Part shown: positions 1 through 12,031 of the stretch, piece by piece
How the letters are laid out: each line of letters starts with the position of its first letter
How positions within the stretch are numbered: the stretch's first letter is position 1
Origin: Cyanophora paradoxa CCMP329
Lineage: Eukaryota; Plantae; Glaucophyta
DNA length: 64,000 bases
Direction of reading: 5' to 3'
Assembly (NCBI GenBank): GCA_004431415.1
Contig: QPMI01000053.1
Span: 30,863-94,862, forward strand
The notes under the pieces: generated by a model
Database searches by the model: none
Told to the model about the DNA's origin: nothing
The model's input: only the letters and a program-made list of their open reading frames with translations
Made by a program: the position numbers and the translations under genes

Positions 1-324
1 GTGCGGCATCCACCAGCTCCAGAGCCGGGGCGCCGGTGGGGGGCGGGCAGGATGAGGAGCAGGCTATAGCTAGGAGGAGGAGCTGCGTACCAGAGGCGCG
101 GACGCTGTCCAGGCCCGGCATCCGGCGGCCACGTGCCTGCCCCCACAGCGGCGCCCACAGCGCCGGATGCACGCCCTCCGCGACACGCCCGCCCCACTGG
201 ACCGTCAACAGGCGACGGGCGGACGTCAGGCGGGCTGCGGGGCGCGGCCCCGCCCGGATTCGAACCCCAGGTCTCTGACGGCCCCCGACTGCGAACGCAG
301 GGAGCTGTACCTGGTCCCTTGCAA

Positions 325-911
325 ATGGCGACCGCCCGCGAGTTCACCGTTGAAGGTTCGAGCTGCAGCGCTTGTAGCTCGAGATGCGCGCATATCGCGA
401 AGCGCGTCTAACCGTCGGCACTCTCGCGCGCTCCGCCGCCAGAGCTGAAGAAGCACCGGACGAAGAACGACTGCTGGCTCGCCATCAACGGGAAGGTCCG
501 CGCGCAGCCCCCATGCCGCCTTCTTCGACCCGTGCGAGGTTGTCTGTGCGGCTAGGTCTACGATGTGACGCCGTTCATGGATGAGCATCCCGGCGGCCCC
601 GAGGTGATGCTGGATTCGACCGGTTCGGCCTTGGTGGCAACTGCAGTTTGCAGGACCTCGCTGACGCGACCGCAGGGCGTGACGCGACGCAGGACTTCGA
701 CGACGTGGGGCACTCCGACGAGGCTCGCAAGATGCTCGAGAAGTATCTCATCGGAGTTTACAATGGCCCCAGTGGGGCGAGCTCGAAAAAGGACGACGTC
801 AAGCGGTCAAAGCCAGAGGGGACCGAGTCCTCTGGGCTTTCCAAGATCGCCCTTCCCCTGTTGGTCGTCGCGGCTGCAGTTGTCGCGAAGTACGTTTTCA
901 AGCTCTGGTAG
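325..911 (+). CDS. CYB5: Cytochrome b5 (tail-anchored), 4 exons
   Basis: Spliced at GT-AG introns: MATAREFTVEELKKHRTKNDCWLAINGKVYDVTPFMDEHPGGPEVMLDSTGRDATQDFDDVGHS... Contains the HPGG heme motif and a C-terminal TM segment. Confidence 0.95.
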
Positions 912-1151
912 CTGGATCCCCAATTTCAATCTCTATCATCTGTCTACCACCTACGAGAGTTAGCAGTTTCAATTGTGAAAGCATCTGGACACGAACTACG
1001 CACTGTAGCAACCTGCTCTATTCTTAAGGTTCGGGTGCACGGGACTCCGCCGAGCAGTACTCCGCACTCGAACGAAACGATCCATGCCTTTGAGGGAGAA
1101 GAGCATAACCCGCAAAGCTGGAGGGGGCGGCGCTGGGCCATAGACCTTCTA

Positions 1152-1330
1152 GCATTTGGAAAGGCATTAAACTTTAAAACGCAAGTCCGGGCTACAAGTG
1201 TGGGTACACTGCGGCCGCCAGGTCCGGACTGCGGGCCCAGCCCCCCAGCGAGCTGGCCCGCGGCCGGGCCCTTCGTGGCCCCCTAAGGGGAGTAATGCGC
1301 CTCCCCACGGACACTCTGGCTGGCTGGCAT
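1152..1330 (+). mobile_element. Repeat family B copy (starts GCATTTGG)
   Basis: Matches copies at 11696, 30745, 43497 and 47340 (…ggctacaagtgtggg…cactgcggcc…ggagtaatgcgcctcccc…). Confidence 0.85.
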
Positions 1331-1621
1331 GACGCGCCCCCCCCCGGCGCCGACCGCAGGCTGACTCCATGTCGGGCCCCCAGGGCCCGTAGGGGCTCCC
1401 GCCACCGCCCCAAGACAACCCCCGCCGCCACAAGCACCCGGCGTGCGGGCACCTGTAGCTCTAGCTAGCCAGAGTGTCTGCGGGAGGGCGCATTACTCTC
1501 CTTACGGGGCCACGCAGGGCCCGCCCGGCCAGCTCCCTGGTGGGCTGGGCCCACGGCCGCGGCGGCCGCAGTGCATCCCACACTTGTAGCCCGGACTTGC
1601 GTTTTGAGGACGTGTCCAAAT
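1331..1621 (-). mobile_element. Repeat family B copy, inverted relative to the 1152 copy
   Basis: Reverse complement of the family B consensus. Terminus …cgtgtccaaat at ~1621. Confidence 0.85.
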
Positions 1622-1648
1622 AATCGCAATCGACTAAACCTAAATCCT

Positions 1649-3037
1649 TCAGCCTTCAGGGGCAGAATCATTCAAAGCAACACAGACAACAGCCTTGTGA
1701 TGGCCAGTGTAGTGTCGAATTGTCTGTGGAGAGTGCCAGTTGAGTGGAGACTGGAGCACAGAGTCGGGGCACTTTTACCTCTCCTTGTGACAAATCCCAG
1801 AGCTTGGCGGAGTTGTCCGAAGATGCTGTCACAAGGTATGCAGAGTCTGCAGAGAAGACACAGTCCCAAACCTAGATTCCTGTCAGCTGCAGTTTTGCCT
1901 CATCAGGCCGAAAAGAAAACAAACCCATTGCTTGTGACCCAGCAGCTGTCTTTCCAAACTCTGATCTTCGACATTCCAGAGTTTGACACTATGATCTGCT
2001 GATGTGGTCGCCATCAACCTGTCAAAGGGGTGAGAATGACCGCATTCAAGGAACTATAACGTTGAGGAGACGCACTTCGCATCTGGAGAAAGAAGGCATT
2101 TCAATATATATGTATCATGGGCCTGGAGTGCTGTCAGTTGACTTGAGAGATTGGAATGATCTGTTCACAGGCCTGTAGCCTGACGCATGGGGCGTCCGGA
2201 GTGAGCTTCTCCGCCCGCGGGAAGGTCCACAGGAACACTGTGCCTTTGTTGTTTGCTGCTGTCATGCATGTACCATCTAGCGCAGTGGAGACTGAGCGAA
2301 TTGCCACCTCCCCCGCTGGAGCCTGTGTAAACAGTATTACAGGCCACCACAAATTCGGAGAGTGCAGACCATTTCCACACTACATGCGTCGGCTGTCAAG
2401 TCCCACACACGCAAGTTGCCATTTTGGTCACCCGAGATGAGCTCGGTCTGAATAGGAGATTGTGAAAACGCTTGAAACCGCAGGGATTATTGGCTGAACC
2501 TGGTTGGCGTGGAGAGCCACACTTGTAACAGGAGCTCTACACTCATACTCGCGCTGAAATGTTGGTGTTCTGCGCACCGTCAATGCATGCATGTGGCATC
2601 GAGGTAACGACGTAAAGCTTGCCTCAAGTCCCAGAGCTTGACTGTGCCGTCTTCGCTGCCAGTAAACATCCACTTGCCATCATTCTGAAATCCAAGCGCC
2701 GTGATATTGTTCGTGTGCCCCTCAAAGCTGTTGACCTGCCTTTCCGGTCAGACCGCAAACGAAACCGCGCCAAGGCTCGCGCACTGGATTCGGGTTGTTC
2801 GTGTTGATTTCGAAGAGGCGAACGTGCGGATTTCCTGCCGCCGCGATATACTGCTTGTCGGGCGTAATCTCTAGCCTGTTCACTTGCTGCACGCTCGTCT
2901 CGGCGAAAGACGACTGAGAGATAGCATGGGGCACACACCGAGTCTGCGTACTGAAGGATACGGTGGCAGATCCCGCTCGGCGCCTGCCAGAAGCGGATTG
3001 TGTGGTCGTAGCCCGCGGTTGCGAGGATCACTGACAT
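1649..3037 (-). CDS. LST8: TOR complex subunit LST8 (WD40), multi-exon
   Basis: [24 protein letters not shown]…, [26 protein letters not shown]-terminus …[15 protein letters not shown]. Confidence 0.95.
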
Positions 3038-3762
3038 CTGTAGCGCTAGAGCCGCGCAGTCGGGACACGTCCCAGCAACAGCGCGTATCCCGTTGCCGCA
3101 GCCGCCCGACGCACGCAGCTAAGGGGTGCAGCGCTCTCAAGCGCTGCGCTCACAAGCGCCTCGATCGACTAATCCTATACCCCCAGACTGAGCTGCTGAG
3201 CTGCTGCTCAGCTGCTGCTGAGCTGCTGCTCGGCTGCTGCTGCCGCTGCAGGGCCCTGCCGCGTCAGCTGCGGCGGTTGCGTTTCAGCGCGCGGCGGTTG
3301 CGTTTCAGCGCGTTTAAAAGCGTGCGCAAGGAGTGCGAGCTCGGCATTCTGCGTTGGGCGAGAGCAGCTGCGCATGCAGCTCGGCGGCGCCGGTGCGTGG
3401 CGCCGGCGCTGCGTCCTCGGGCGCTGTCATCCTCGAGCTCGCGAGGTGCGATGGCCTTCAGATCTGGGCTCTCCCAGGATCGCTAACGCTCCGTACGCGT
3501 GGCTCTCGCGCGCAGATTACGATTACGATTTTTACGATCGCAGGATGAATTAGCTGCGCTAGCTAGCTCTCCCTCCGGTTGGTTGACCACCAACCGCTTC
3601 CGCCCACAGTCTTGTGCGGCGCCGGTTAGCGCGTGGACCGGATAGAGGGGCTCCGTTCCCCAGGACACTCCCTTTGTTCACAGCGTCGAAGTCGTGCCGT
3701 ATGCACGTAGTGTGTGCTGTACCCGTAGACGCGTGTGTCACAGGCCGAGTTTGTTCAATTGC

Positions 3763-4752
3763 ATGCTTGCGAGGCGAATCGGAGCCTGCACCCGCGCCGC
3801 CGCTGCGGCGCGCGCCCCGAAGAGTCGTGGCCTGCTGGCCGCACGCCACGGATCATGCTCTCTGCACGTAACCAGCTACGTCCATCGGAACGCAGCCGCC
3901 GACGAGCGCTCGCGGGAACAACACGCTGACGCCAGGGAGGCGGGCGATGCGTCTGGCGCCGGTCAGGATCCGAAAGAACGCATTCTTGAGCGCGCTCTTG
4001 GCCTCGTCCAGCGCATGGGTTGGACCACAGAGGCGCTCGCGGCGGCGGCGTCCGAGCTCGGGTATTCCCATATGGCACACGGCCTGTTCCCGCGCGGCGG
4101 AGGGGACCTCATCTTGTTTTTTGTGCGCAAGTGCAACAGGGAACTCTCACGCCAGCTACAACACCGTGACCTGCAGTCGTGCGTGCACGCGCCTCGAGCC
4201 TGCCCGTACTGCAGTGGCTCAGTCTGTGCGCAGCTTGAAAGTGCGAGATCGCATTAAGACCGCTGTCCGCATCCGCCTCGAGATGATGTCACCTCTGATC
4301 AGCTCTTGGCCCCAGGTGCTTTCCTCGTCTTCGATGCTCACATTCTCTCTTGGCAACCGCACGGCAGGCAATGGCGACACTTGCGCTTCCCCAGAACGCC
4401 CCCGATGCAGCCCAGGAACTTGCATTCCTTGTGGATGACATGTGGCATTACGCTGGCGATTCAGCTGTCGATGTGAGCTCTTTCTTGACCCTTCCTGCTT
4501 GATTTCGAAATTCTCACGACTTCACAGATCAACTGGTATACAAAGCGTGGACTCCTCGCTGGCGTTTACACGGCAACAGAGTTGTACATGTTGACGGACT
4601 ACTCATTGAATTTCGAGGATACGTGGCGGTTTCTGGATCGCCGTGTAGATGACGTCATTCTCGTTGGACGAACCCTCAACCAAGCCTCGGCAGGCTCCGC
4701 GGATTTTCTGGGCTCAGCGCTAAGAAGTCTCGGTTCTCTCTTTGCTCGTTAA
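3763..4752 (+). CDS. COQ9: Ubiquinone biosynthesis protein COQ9
   Basis: ILERALGLVQRMGWT…LGYS…GLFPRGGGDLI; LVDDMWHYAGD; NWYTKRGLLAGVYTATELYMLTDYS…FEDTWRFLDRR. N-terminal Arg/Ala-rich presequence. Start codon inferred. Confidence 0.92.
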
Positions 4753-4982
4753 TGGAGATGTGCACGTCTTAGCTAGCTTTAGGCATACGTGCGTATTAAG
4801 TACGTGTCCAAATGCTAATCAGCTGGAGCTATCTGGGGGTTGCGATTACGGTTGAGGTCTATAGGCTCCGTACTTCGTACTTAGTGGAATAGAGTCTAGG
4901 TCTATACTGCTCTTTCTAAGCGACGGGCGCGCCGGACCTCCTACCTACAGCGCTTTAACTGTACCCGTGCTGTTTGGGTGAG

Positions 4983-5390
4983 TAGGGCTATGCCTTGCAA
5001 GGGTAGCCCTTGCGGTCAAGGCCACTTTTTGGGCGGTCAAGGGTGCCTTGACAAGGGTGGACTTCGCATCAAGGGCCCCTTAAGGGTTCGCCATACAAAA
5101 AATTTGTATGGGAGAGCATGTGCACCGGTACCCCATGACCCCCCTACGCAGACCAGATTGGTGGAAAACAGCTTAGTTTTGACCAATAAACGTTGTCTAG
5201 ATTGAGTGCAAGGTAGTAGATCATGTATCTGATCGAGTTTATAGCTCTGAGTTGAGTTGCTCTCGAGCTCGCTTCACGTTTTGTATGGCGCATTTTTTGT
5301 ATGGGGAACCCTTAAGGGCCCTTATTCAAGGGCGACCTCCGGTCAAGGGTACCTTGTCAAGGACGACCAAACCCTCAAGGCGTACCCCTA
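4983..5390. mobile_element. hAT-like MITE
   Basis: 8-bp TSD TGGGTGAG (4975-4982 and 5391-5398), single-copy in uninterrupted sister elements. Imperfect TIR: TAGGGCTATGCCTTG vs TAGGGGTACGCCTTG. Confidence 0.85.
5084..5311. mobile_element. TTAA-flanked MITE (Kolobok-like GG…CC termini) nested in the hAT MITE
   Basis: TTAA at 5080-5083 and 5312-5315. TIR GGGTTCGCCATACAAAAAAT / ATTTTTTGTATGGGGAACCC. Confidence 0.65.
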
Positions 5391-5764
5391 TGGGTGAGAG
5401 CGTAACCCGCAGGGACTGGTGCCCTGATGGAGAAAAGGGGATGGGAGCCTAGCTAGCTACGAGCTGAGCAGGCGCTTCGCGTCCACACCCGTGCCGTAGC
5501 GGATCAGGATGCCCCTGCGAGAGTACGATTACGATCGCTCAGTGCAATGTGACCGTTAGCGGCGACTTTGAAAAGCCACACCTGCCTGCGCTGCCCGATA
5601 GCCGTCAGCTCATAGGTTGACCGCCTGCGCTCAATAGTGTCCTGCAGGCAGGGAGATGCCGCTGCTGCTCGCTGGGCGCCCGCGCTACGAGGCTTGCGCG
5701 ACGCGGCCGCGGGGGCGGTGCGGGTCGGTAGGCGGGGAGTGTCTCGCGGCATTCCAGAACGCTC

Positions 5765-6199
5765 TTGGATGCTATACTATCACTTCTGGTCCCCGTGCGT
5801 CAGTTTGAGTTTGGCGAAACGCGGGCAAGGGTTGTTGTTCCTGTGATGGCGGCACTGGGCGCGCGTCCCTTTGGCTGTACAACTCGTCAAATTAGCTTTA
5901 TCAGCGATTGCGGCCAGAAGCGCGCATCTTTGTCGGAGTTTGATCTCCTACAAAATGGCAGCCAGGCCGTCGTCGAGAAGCTCGGCCTCTCGGGGCCCGT
6001 TGCGCTGTTCCGCGAGTTCGATCATCAAGGCAAAGACCTTTCCTCGTTCTTCTACGCGGCCGATCTCGACTCGAAGGCGCCGGCGGATTTGAAAAAAGCG
6101 CGCGACTTTTTCAGATCCTCGCAGATCGGCTACGTGTACCGGGCCATCATGCGCAGTGAGCATTTTGCGCATACTTTATTGAGTTCTTTCGGCGCGTGA
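5765..6199 (+). CDS. Hypothetical protein or gene fragment
   Basis: 144-aa ORF with globular-looking composition (…VVEKLGLSGPVALFREFDHQGKDLSSFFYAADL…). No family recognised and start uncertain. Confidence 0.35.
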   Translation: MDAILSLLVPVRQFEFGETRARVVVPVMAALGARPFGCTTRQISFISDCGQKRASLSEFDLLQNGSQAVVEKLGLSGPVALFREFDHQGKDLSSFFYAADLDSKAPADLKKARDFFRSSQIGYVYRAIMRSEHFAHTLLSSFGA

Positions 6200-6582
6200 C
6201 CGGAGCTCGTGGCGCAGGCGCTCCCTCGGCGGATCCGGAGTCGCCCAGCCGTCAGCCTGCTGGGGATCCACTGCTGGACGAGTCGCCCACCTGGACGAGT
6301 CGCCCACCAGAGGCCTTATTTATGCATGAAATTGCATAAGGATCCAGCTAGGATCAAGGTCCTGAGATTGCGATTAGATCTAGAGGTGCTGAGGGGCAGC
6401 TGCCCACAGATTATGGGGTACAAGTACGATTACGATTACGATTACGTCCAATCCGTCACACTCAGTTGCCAATCCCGTCTAACCCGGTCTGACAAAATGA
6501 CCAGTCTGCTGTAAGCGTGCCGGGAAACTCATGAAGACCGAAGGGCCTTCAAGGTGAGCAGGCGCTTTGCCGGATGATGACT

Positions 6583-8967
6583 CTATAATTGACCTTCCGC
6601 TTTGAGGGTCTCCAGCTTCTCACGCTCCTTCTCCAAGAGTTTCTCCTGTGCATCCTTCTGTTGGAGAAAGCGGCTCTGCAAGGACCAATTTGGCAACAAA
6701 ATCCGTATAGCAGTGACAGGGGAATAACCTTCAGGATGGGATTTGGTGCCGATGCTGCATGGGAAGCAAGCTGCTCGATTTTGCTTTCGATTGAAGATAT
6801 GCCCTCCTCGCACGCAGAGACTCGTCGTTTCAGATCTTCACTCCTGATATAGCTTCATGCCAAATGATTGAAAAAGAAGACCAAAAAAAATCGCACATTT
6901 CACGAGTTCTTGGACTCATCTCGCACTGAGCTGTGTTGCTGTTGTCGGCCCCATCACCTTCCAAGGCCTCACCAATAGCATCGCCATGGCCCTCTATGCC
7001 GATCATCAGAACTTGCTCATCGTCATGACCTATGCGCTTGTGTTGGAATTGTCTGCGGTTTTTCAAGAGGGGGTAGTGAAACCTGATGCAGGCTCTTCCC
7101 CAATGGCGGGCTTCTCCGTCAGAAAAGCATCGTCCTGAGGTGCATGAGATCCTGCTTCTTAACGTGAAACTTACGACAACTCGCACAATCAAATTCTCAA
7201 GAAGCAGGTCTCCTCCATCGTCATAGACAGCACCAAGTTCTTGATGCTCGGTTTGCACCTCAGTCGGAAGCCCTTGTGCAACAGCATCTTCATTACACTC
7301 GTTAGACTTCGCTGTGAAATTCGCTGGTTTTGGCACCTTCCAGAGAGACCTCGCTTTGAATCTGCATATCAGGGTCGAGAGGGGCGAGCTCTGGTGCTGC
7401 AGGTTGTTCCGCTGAAGAATCAGTGACTACTGCTCCACTTGCCGAAACTGCAGCTGCTGCAAGATCCTTTTTCAAGCGCCGCTCATTCTTTCGCCTGCGA
7501 TTCAGACACAGAGGGGGTTACAATAAAAGAAAGGGAGGAGTACATTTGGAGTACTTACTTCCGCTTCTCTTCTTTGCGTTTTTTCCTGATTGCACGGATT
7601 CGCCGCCTCTGCTCTTCTTCGGGAAGATTCTGCAGTTCCGCTTCAAGCTCTGCGCGCTGCAACATGTTCAGCCTGGCAACAATGAACTCAGACATTAACC
7701 AAGAACCTGCTCTGAGCTGAGGCGAAGGCTTGCAATCAGTGCTTCCACGGAAACGAGCTGTTTACTTTGTGCCGCGGGTGTTGAAACTGACTCTGCTCCT
7801 GAGGCAGCCGATCCCGTCAATAAGTCTTCATGTGTAGGCAATGCAGCAGCAGCGTTATCTGGCAGCCATCAGGGTATACGGAGAAATGCATGATGCCTTC
7901 CGTACCCAAGTCACTCTTTACGCTCTTCTTCCGTTTTAATAATATCGACGCCTGAGCAGCGGGTGTCTCTCCTGCACCGGCCATAATTCCAGAAGCTGTG
8001 CTGGCAGTGTCTGGAAGCATGAGCTCATATTGACCCTGTATTGCAGCGGCAACTTGGTCCATGCCATCTTCCTGTTAAAGAATTCACGACACAAAATCCG
8101 GGAGAGTTGTTTCCGAAACTTACAGGAGGAAGAGCGGGCGATGGTGCCACCGGTGGCTGATTACTCTCATCGACCAATGCGTCTGCACATCAGTTCAGCA
8201 AAGCATTCTGTCAGCAAGAGGGATAAGGCTTGTTCACTTTATATACTCACCAAGTGACATAGCGTCGACTGGGCACTTTTTCTTCTTCTTCTTCTTTCTT
8301 GCGGAAGCATTGGCACTGATGTCTTCCTCGACAAGTTCGTACTCTGGAGCACCGGATCACGGCAAAAGAACAATCGATCTCAAAGACTCCGCACCTATTC
8401 CGTCGTTTGCTTGCTTGTTCATGATCCGCAGAAGGTGTTTTTGAGTTTGGGCGAGGAGAGATTGCTGGGAGCTTCATCAGACACGAACTGCAGACAAATA
8501 TGAAAAGATACCCACATCAATCTTCTGCCTTGGACGCCACCGTCTCCTGCGGATGTCCCGACTGGCAGACGTCAGGCCGTCCTTCCACTCCCCATCCCAT
8601 GCACCCGGGCCGTCCTCATGTACGACTATCATCTGGCCGATATCCGAGCTCTTCAGAAGCGTGCCCTTGTCGTACACTTTGTGCGTTTCGACAACACATG
8701 GCAGGTCCACAAGATGGCACTGCAAAGTAGTTTCGTTGAAGCGGAACTGTCCAACTCGACCACCTGTTCACGGCTCGAGGTGCGCGACGATGCTCGCTCG
8801 TGGGCGCGCACCCTCGCTGAAGGTGAAGTCCGCGTTCATGTCGCCGCCTCTGCGCATCGCCTCCCGCAGCCGCTCCGCCAGCGCCGGCGGAACCCGCAGT
8901 ACGAGCTGCTCTTCCGCCTGAACGCGTGTGAGCATCCGATTGCGTTGTTGCAGCGACGACGCACCAT
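6583..8967 (-). CDS. TAF7: TFIID subunit TAF7 (TAFII55 N-domain) with a long low-complexity middle
   Basis: M|AEEQLVLRVP…; LVDLPCVVETHKVYDKGTLLKSSDIGQMIVV…DGLT…DIRRRRW; C-terminal NPILK|SRF coiled coil. Internal exons and the 3' end are approximate. Confidence 0.85.
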
Positions 8968-9040
8968 AGATCGCTAGCGGTCTGATCCGTCTGACCGGCC
9001 TTCGACGCGTACCCAAATAAACGCTCGACGCTGGGCGAAG

Positions 9041-9664
9041 ATGGCGAGCCGTCTTCTGACCCCTGAATGGCGGAACTACTTCAGTGCGTCGGTTTCGATA
9101 CTAATGGGGGCCAGCAGAGCGCCGGGCACGCGCGCTTGATGGCGTCGCAGTTCGGGGGCGCGCTCTTGTCGCCGCGGCTGATGCGTTGGCCGTGCATCGC
9201 AGTGAGCACGCACTTCTGGGGCCCTCTCGCGAACTGGGGGTTCGTCGTCGCTGGCCTCGTTGACATGCAGAAGCCCGAAGATCAGATCTCGGGCCCCATG
9301 ACCTCCGGTGCGCGTTCTGTTTAGAGCGGAACCTGTATAGCGACGCTCGCACCTTGCCCGTGACACCGCAGGACCCATCTAGTGAGCGCGCATTCTGCCC
9401 GTGCCCCGTGCCGCTGACCACCTTCCACCATGGTCCGTCCGCAGCACTGTGCGTGTACAGCCTTCTGTTCATGCGCTTCGCTTGGAAGGTCCAGCCGCGC
9501 AACATGCTCCTCTTTGCGTGCCATGGATCAAACGAGGCGGTTCAGCTCTATCAGCTCAGTCGAAAGATCAAGTATGAGTGCGTCGAATGAGTGATCATGA
9601 GGGGCCGCGCATGATGATGAGTGATGGGCCGCGCAGGATGAGTGATAAGAGTCAGAAGGCGTAA
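9041..9664 (+). CDS. MPC1: Mitochondrial pyruvate carrier 1
   Basis: Spliced …[36 protein letters not shown]…[30 protein letters not shown]. Confidence 0.95.
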
Positions 9665-10021
9665 TTTTTTTGCAGCAATTTATTTTTATTTGTAGCATCA
9701 GGGCCCCTGTGGCCAACATTCCACGCCAACACTAGCTGTGTCAGAGTCTCAGGGTGGTGGCTGTCGTCTTGGGGTGGCGGCCGAAATTCCTACGGGCTAG
9801 CTAGCCGCTGAGCCTAGTAGCCCTTGAGACCTGCCGGGTGGGCAGCCTGCACCAGAGGCACCTGCCGACCCCGGGGTCCCTATCCGACTGCTCAGCGACC
9901 ACGCACTCCTGACTGCGATTCGGAGGACAGCCCTCAGGGCCTACACCCGCTGCCCCTTCAACAAGAAGGCTAGCGCTGCCTCCCTCTTGGGAGGAGGCCC
10001 TCGCAAACGGGCTTGTGACAC

Positions 10022-10335
10022 TGCTCTTTCTAAGCGACGGGCGCGGCCGGACCTCCTACCTCAGCGCTTTAACTGTACCCGTGCTGTTTGGGTGAGAGCG
10101 TAACCCGCAGGGACTGGTGCCCTGATGGAAAAAAGGGGATCGGATCCGGAGCCTAGCTAGCTACGAGCTGAGCAGGCGCTTCGCGTCCACGCCCGTGCCG
10201 TAGCGGATCAGGATGCGTCGAAAGTTGGACGTCGTAATCGCAACGTTAACTTAGTAACTCTGATTCCGATCGTAATCGCAACTCTGATTCCGATCGTAAT
10301 CGCAACTCTGATTCCGATCGTAATCGCAACTCTGA
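10022..10335 (-). mobile_element. Fanzor 3'-end/omegaRNA copy 2 plus 24-mer satellite
   Basis: TGCTCTTTC terminus. Flanking direct repeat TGACACTGCTCT at 10016-10027 and 10333-10344. A related empty site lies at ~56385-56510 (minus). Confidence 0.9.
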
Positions 10336-10675
10336 CACTGCTCTATTGTTTCCCCCTAAGGGCCCGGTGCATTCCGGGTTCCAGCACGTAGCGTGGCTTT
10401 TGCTGCCGTGGGAAGAGCACCCCTGCCCTTTCTAATTTGAAGTCAGCTTCGAGCATTGGGCGCGAACTGAATTGCAAAAGCGCATCCATAGTTTTTTGGC
10501 AACTCATTCTCGAGCGGGCCGCGCTCAATGATGCATTTCAGACGCGATCGACAACATCTCGACTAGCTGTTCTGACGAGCTGTGCTTCCCGATCCTGCGA
10601 AACATTGTACACAGTGAATCGATTTACGACCCAGTAAATCGATTTACGACGAATCAAATATGTGCGTACGCTTCT

Positions 10676-10894
10676 TCATTCTCGAGCGGGCCGCGGCGCG
10701 GCGGGCGGGCCGCGCTCGATGATATCGGCGAGCACTCGTGTGGACTGCCAGATATCTACGCCGCGCACGTTAATCCGTCGCCGCCGAGCGCGGTCTATGT
10801 CCGCACCTTGATGCAGCTTGAAGTAAGCCGCAGCTCCGCCGACAGCGCACCCCGCGAAGAACGACGCGAGCTGCGACCTGATTCCTTGGAGCAT
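10676..10894 (-). CDS. Small single-TM protein (~55 aa, 2 exons), possibly mitochondrial
   Basis: Spliced MLQGIRSQLASFFAGCAVGGAAAYFKLHQ/DIWQSTRVLADII… with a clean GT-AG intron. Confidence 0.65.
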   Translation of the reverse strand: MLQGIRSQLASFFAGCAVGGAAAYFKLHQGADIDRARRRRINVRGVDIWQSTRVLADIIERGPPAAPRPARE

Positions 10895-11695
10895 TTCGCT
10901 CTCTGACGCGACCTGATTCTGGCTTTCTGACGTCGGCGAGCAATCGCGTGGACTGCCAGATACCTACGCCGCGCACGTTGATCGACCCCGCGGACACGTG
11001 AGAGAGAGAGCAAGTAAAAGACACTCCCAGGACTCGAAACCGAGTCTGGGTGGTGATAAACATATTGCTCTCAAAAAAAGAAAATAACAACCCGTATGAA
11101 GACCCTACCCGAGACGTAGGATCTCATACAGGAAACAAACCTGACCTTCCCATACTGACCTGCTCCCTATCAGGACACGTACGCGCGAGGGCGACACGTC
11201 GGGGGGTACACCGCCGTCTCTGCTCTGCCTGTCTGGGCCAGCGCCTCGACGGCCACGCGTCTTTGACTCTAGCGATCGTAATTTGACTCTAGCGATCGTC
11301 ATTCTTCCGATCGTAGCAAACAGTCCAGACGATCGTAATTCTAGACCTTCAAGGGCTTCTCGGTCGTAATTCGGTGCGGTCGTAATCGTGCGCGTGTACG
11401 CGTGGGCTTGTCTGGGTCTATGTGCGCACCTTTATGCAGCTTGAAGTAAGCCGCTGCTCCGCCGACAGTGCACCCCGCGAGTAATCCAACGCTCTCTCAG
11501 TGACTCTCCGACTCAGCCGCTCAGACCCGCTTAGGGCCGCTCTCGGGCTGGGGGTACGCGGCGATTGACTGCATTCGTCAAGAATTAGTATATAGGAAGG
11601 TCAAGAATTAGAAATGCGTGTGCTGTGCACGTGGGTACGTGGTGTGGATGCCCTCCTCGGAATGCCAAGGCCGCCGGGCTGTGCTTATATGTATA

Positions 11696-11960
11696 GCATT
11701 TGGACGTCGACACGTACTAAAGACGTGGGCTGCAAGTGTGCACGTGGGATGTGCACTGCGGCCCCGTACGCGTGGCCGTGCACGTGGGCCCACGTGCACT
11801 AGTACTGGGCCAGCCCATCAGCGAGCTGGCCGGCCGGGCCCTGCGTGGAGCTGGCCTGAGTGTAATGCGCCTCCCCGCCGACACTCTGGCTAGCCAGATC
11901 TAGAGCTACAGCTGCAGGTGCCCGCACGTGCACGGCGGTTGTGCCACGGTGGCATCGCGT
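11696..11960 (+). mobile_element. Repeat family B copy
   Basis: GCATTTGGACG… start and diverged match to the consensus. Confidence 0.8.
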
Positions 11961-12031
11961 TTTTTTTTGCTTTGGTTTGAACCACTGCCTCCCTCAAAAT
12001 TCATGCATGGCGCATATTCAAAGAACCTATT

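Larger units (their letters stand above)
4908..5538 (-). mobile_element. Fanzor 3'-end/omegaRNA copy 1, interrupted by nested MITEs
   Basis: Begins TGCTCTTTCTAAG on + and matches the other eight copies on either side of the 4983-5390 insertion. Confidence 0.9.

Noticed and set aside
245-320. tRNA on the minus strand (B box GGTTCGAATCC at 257-267)
   Set aside because: No convincing A box, D arm or acceptor stem could be folded.
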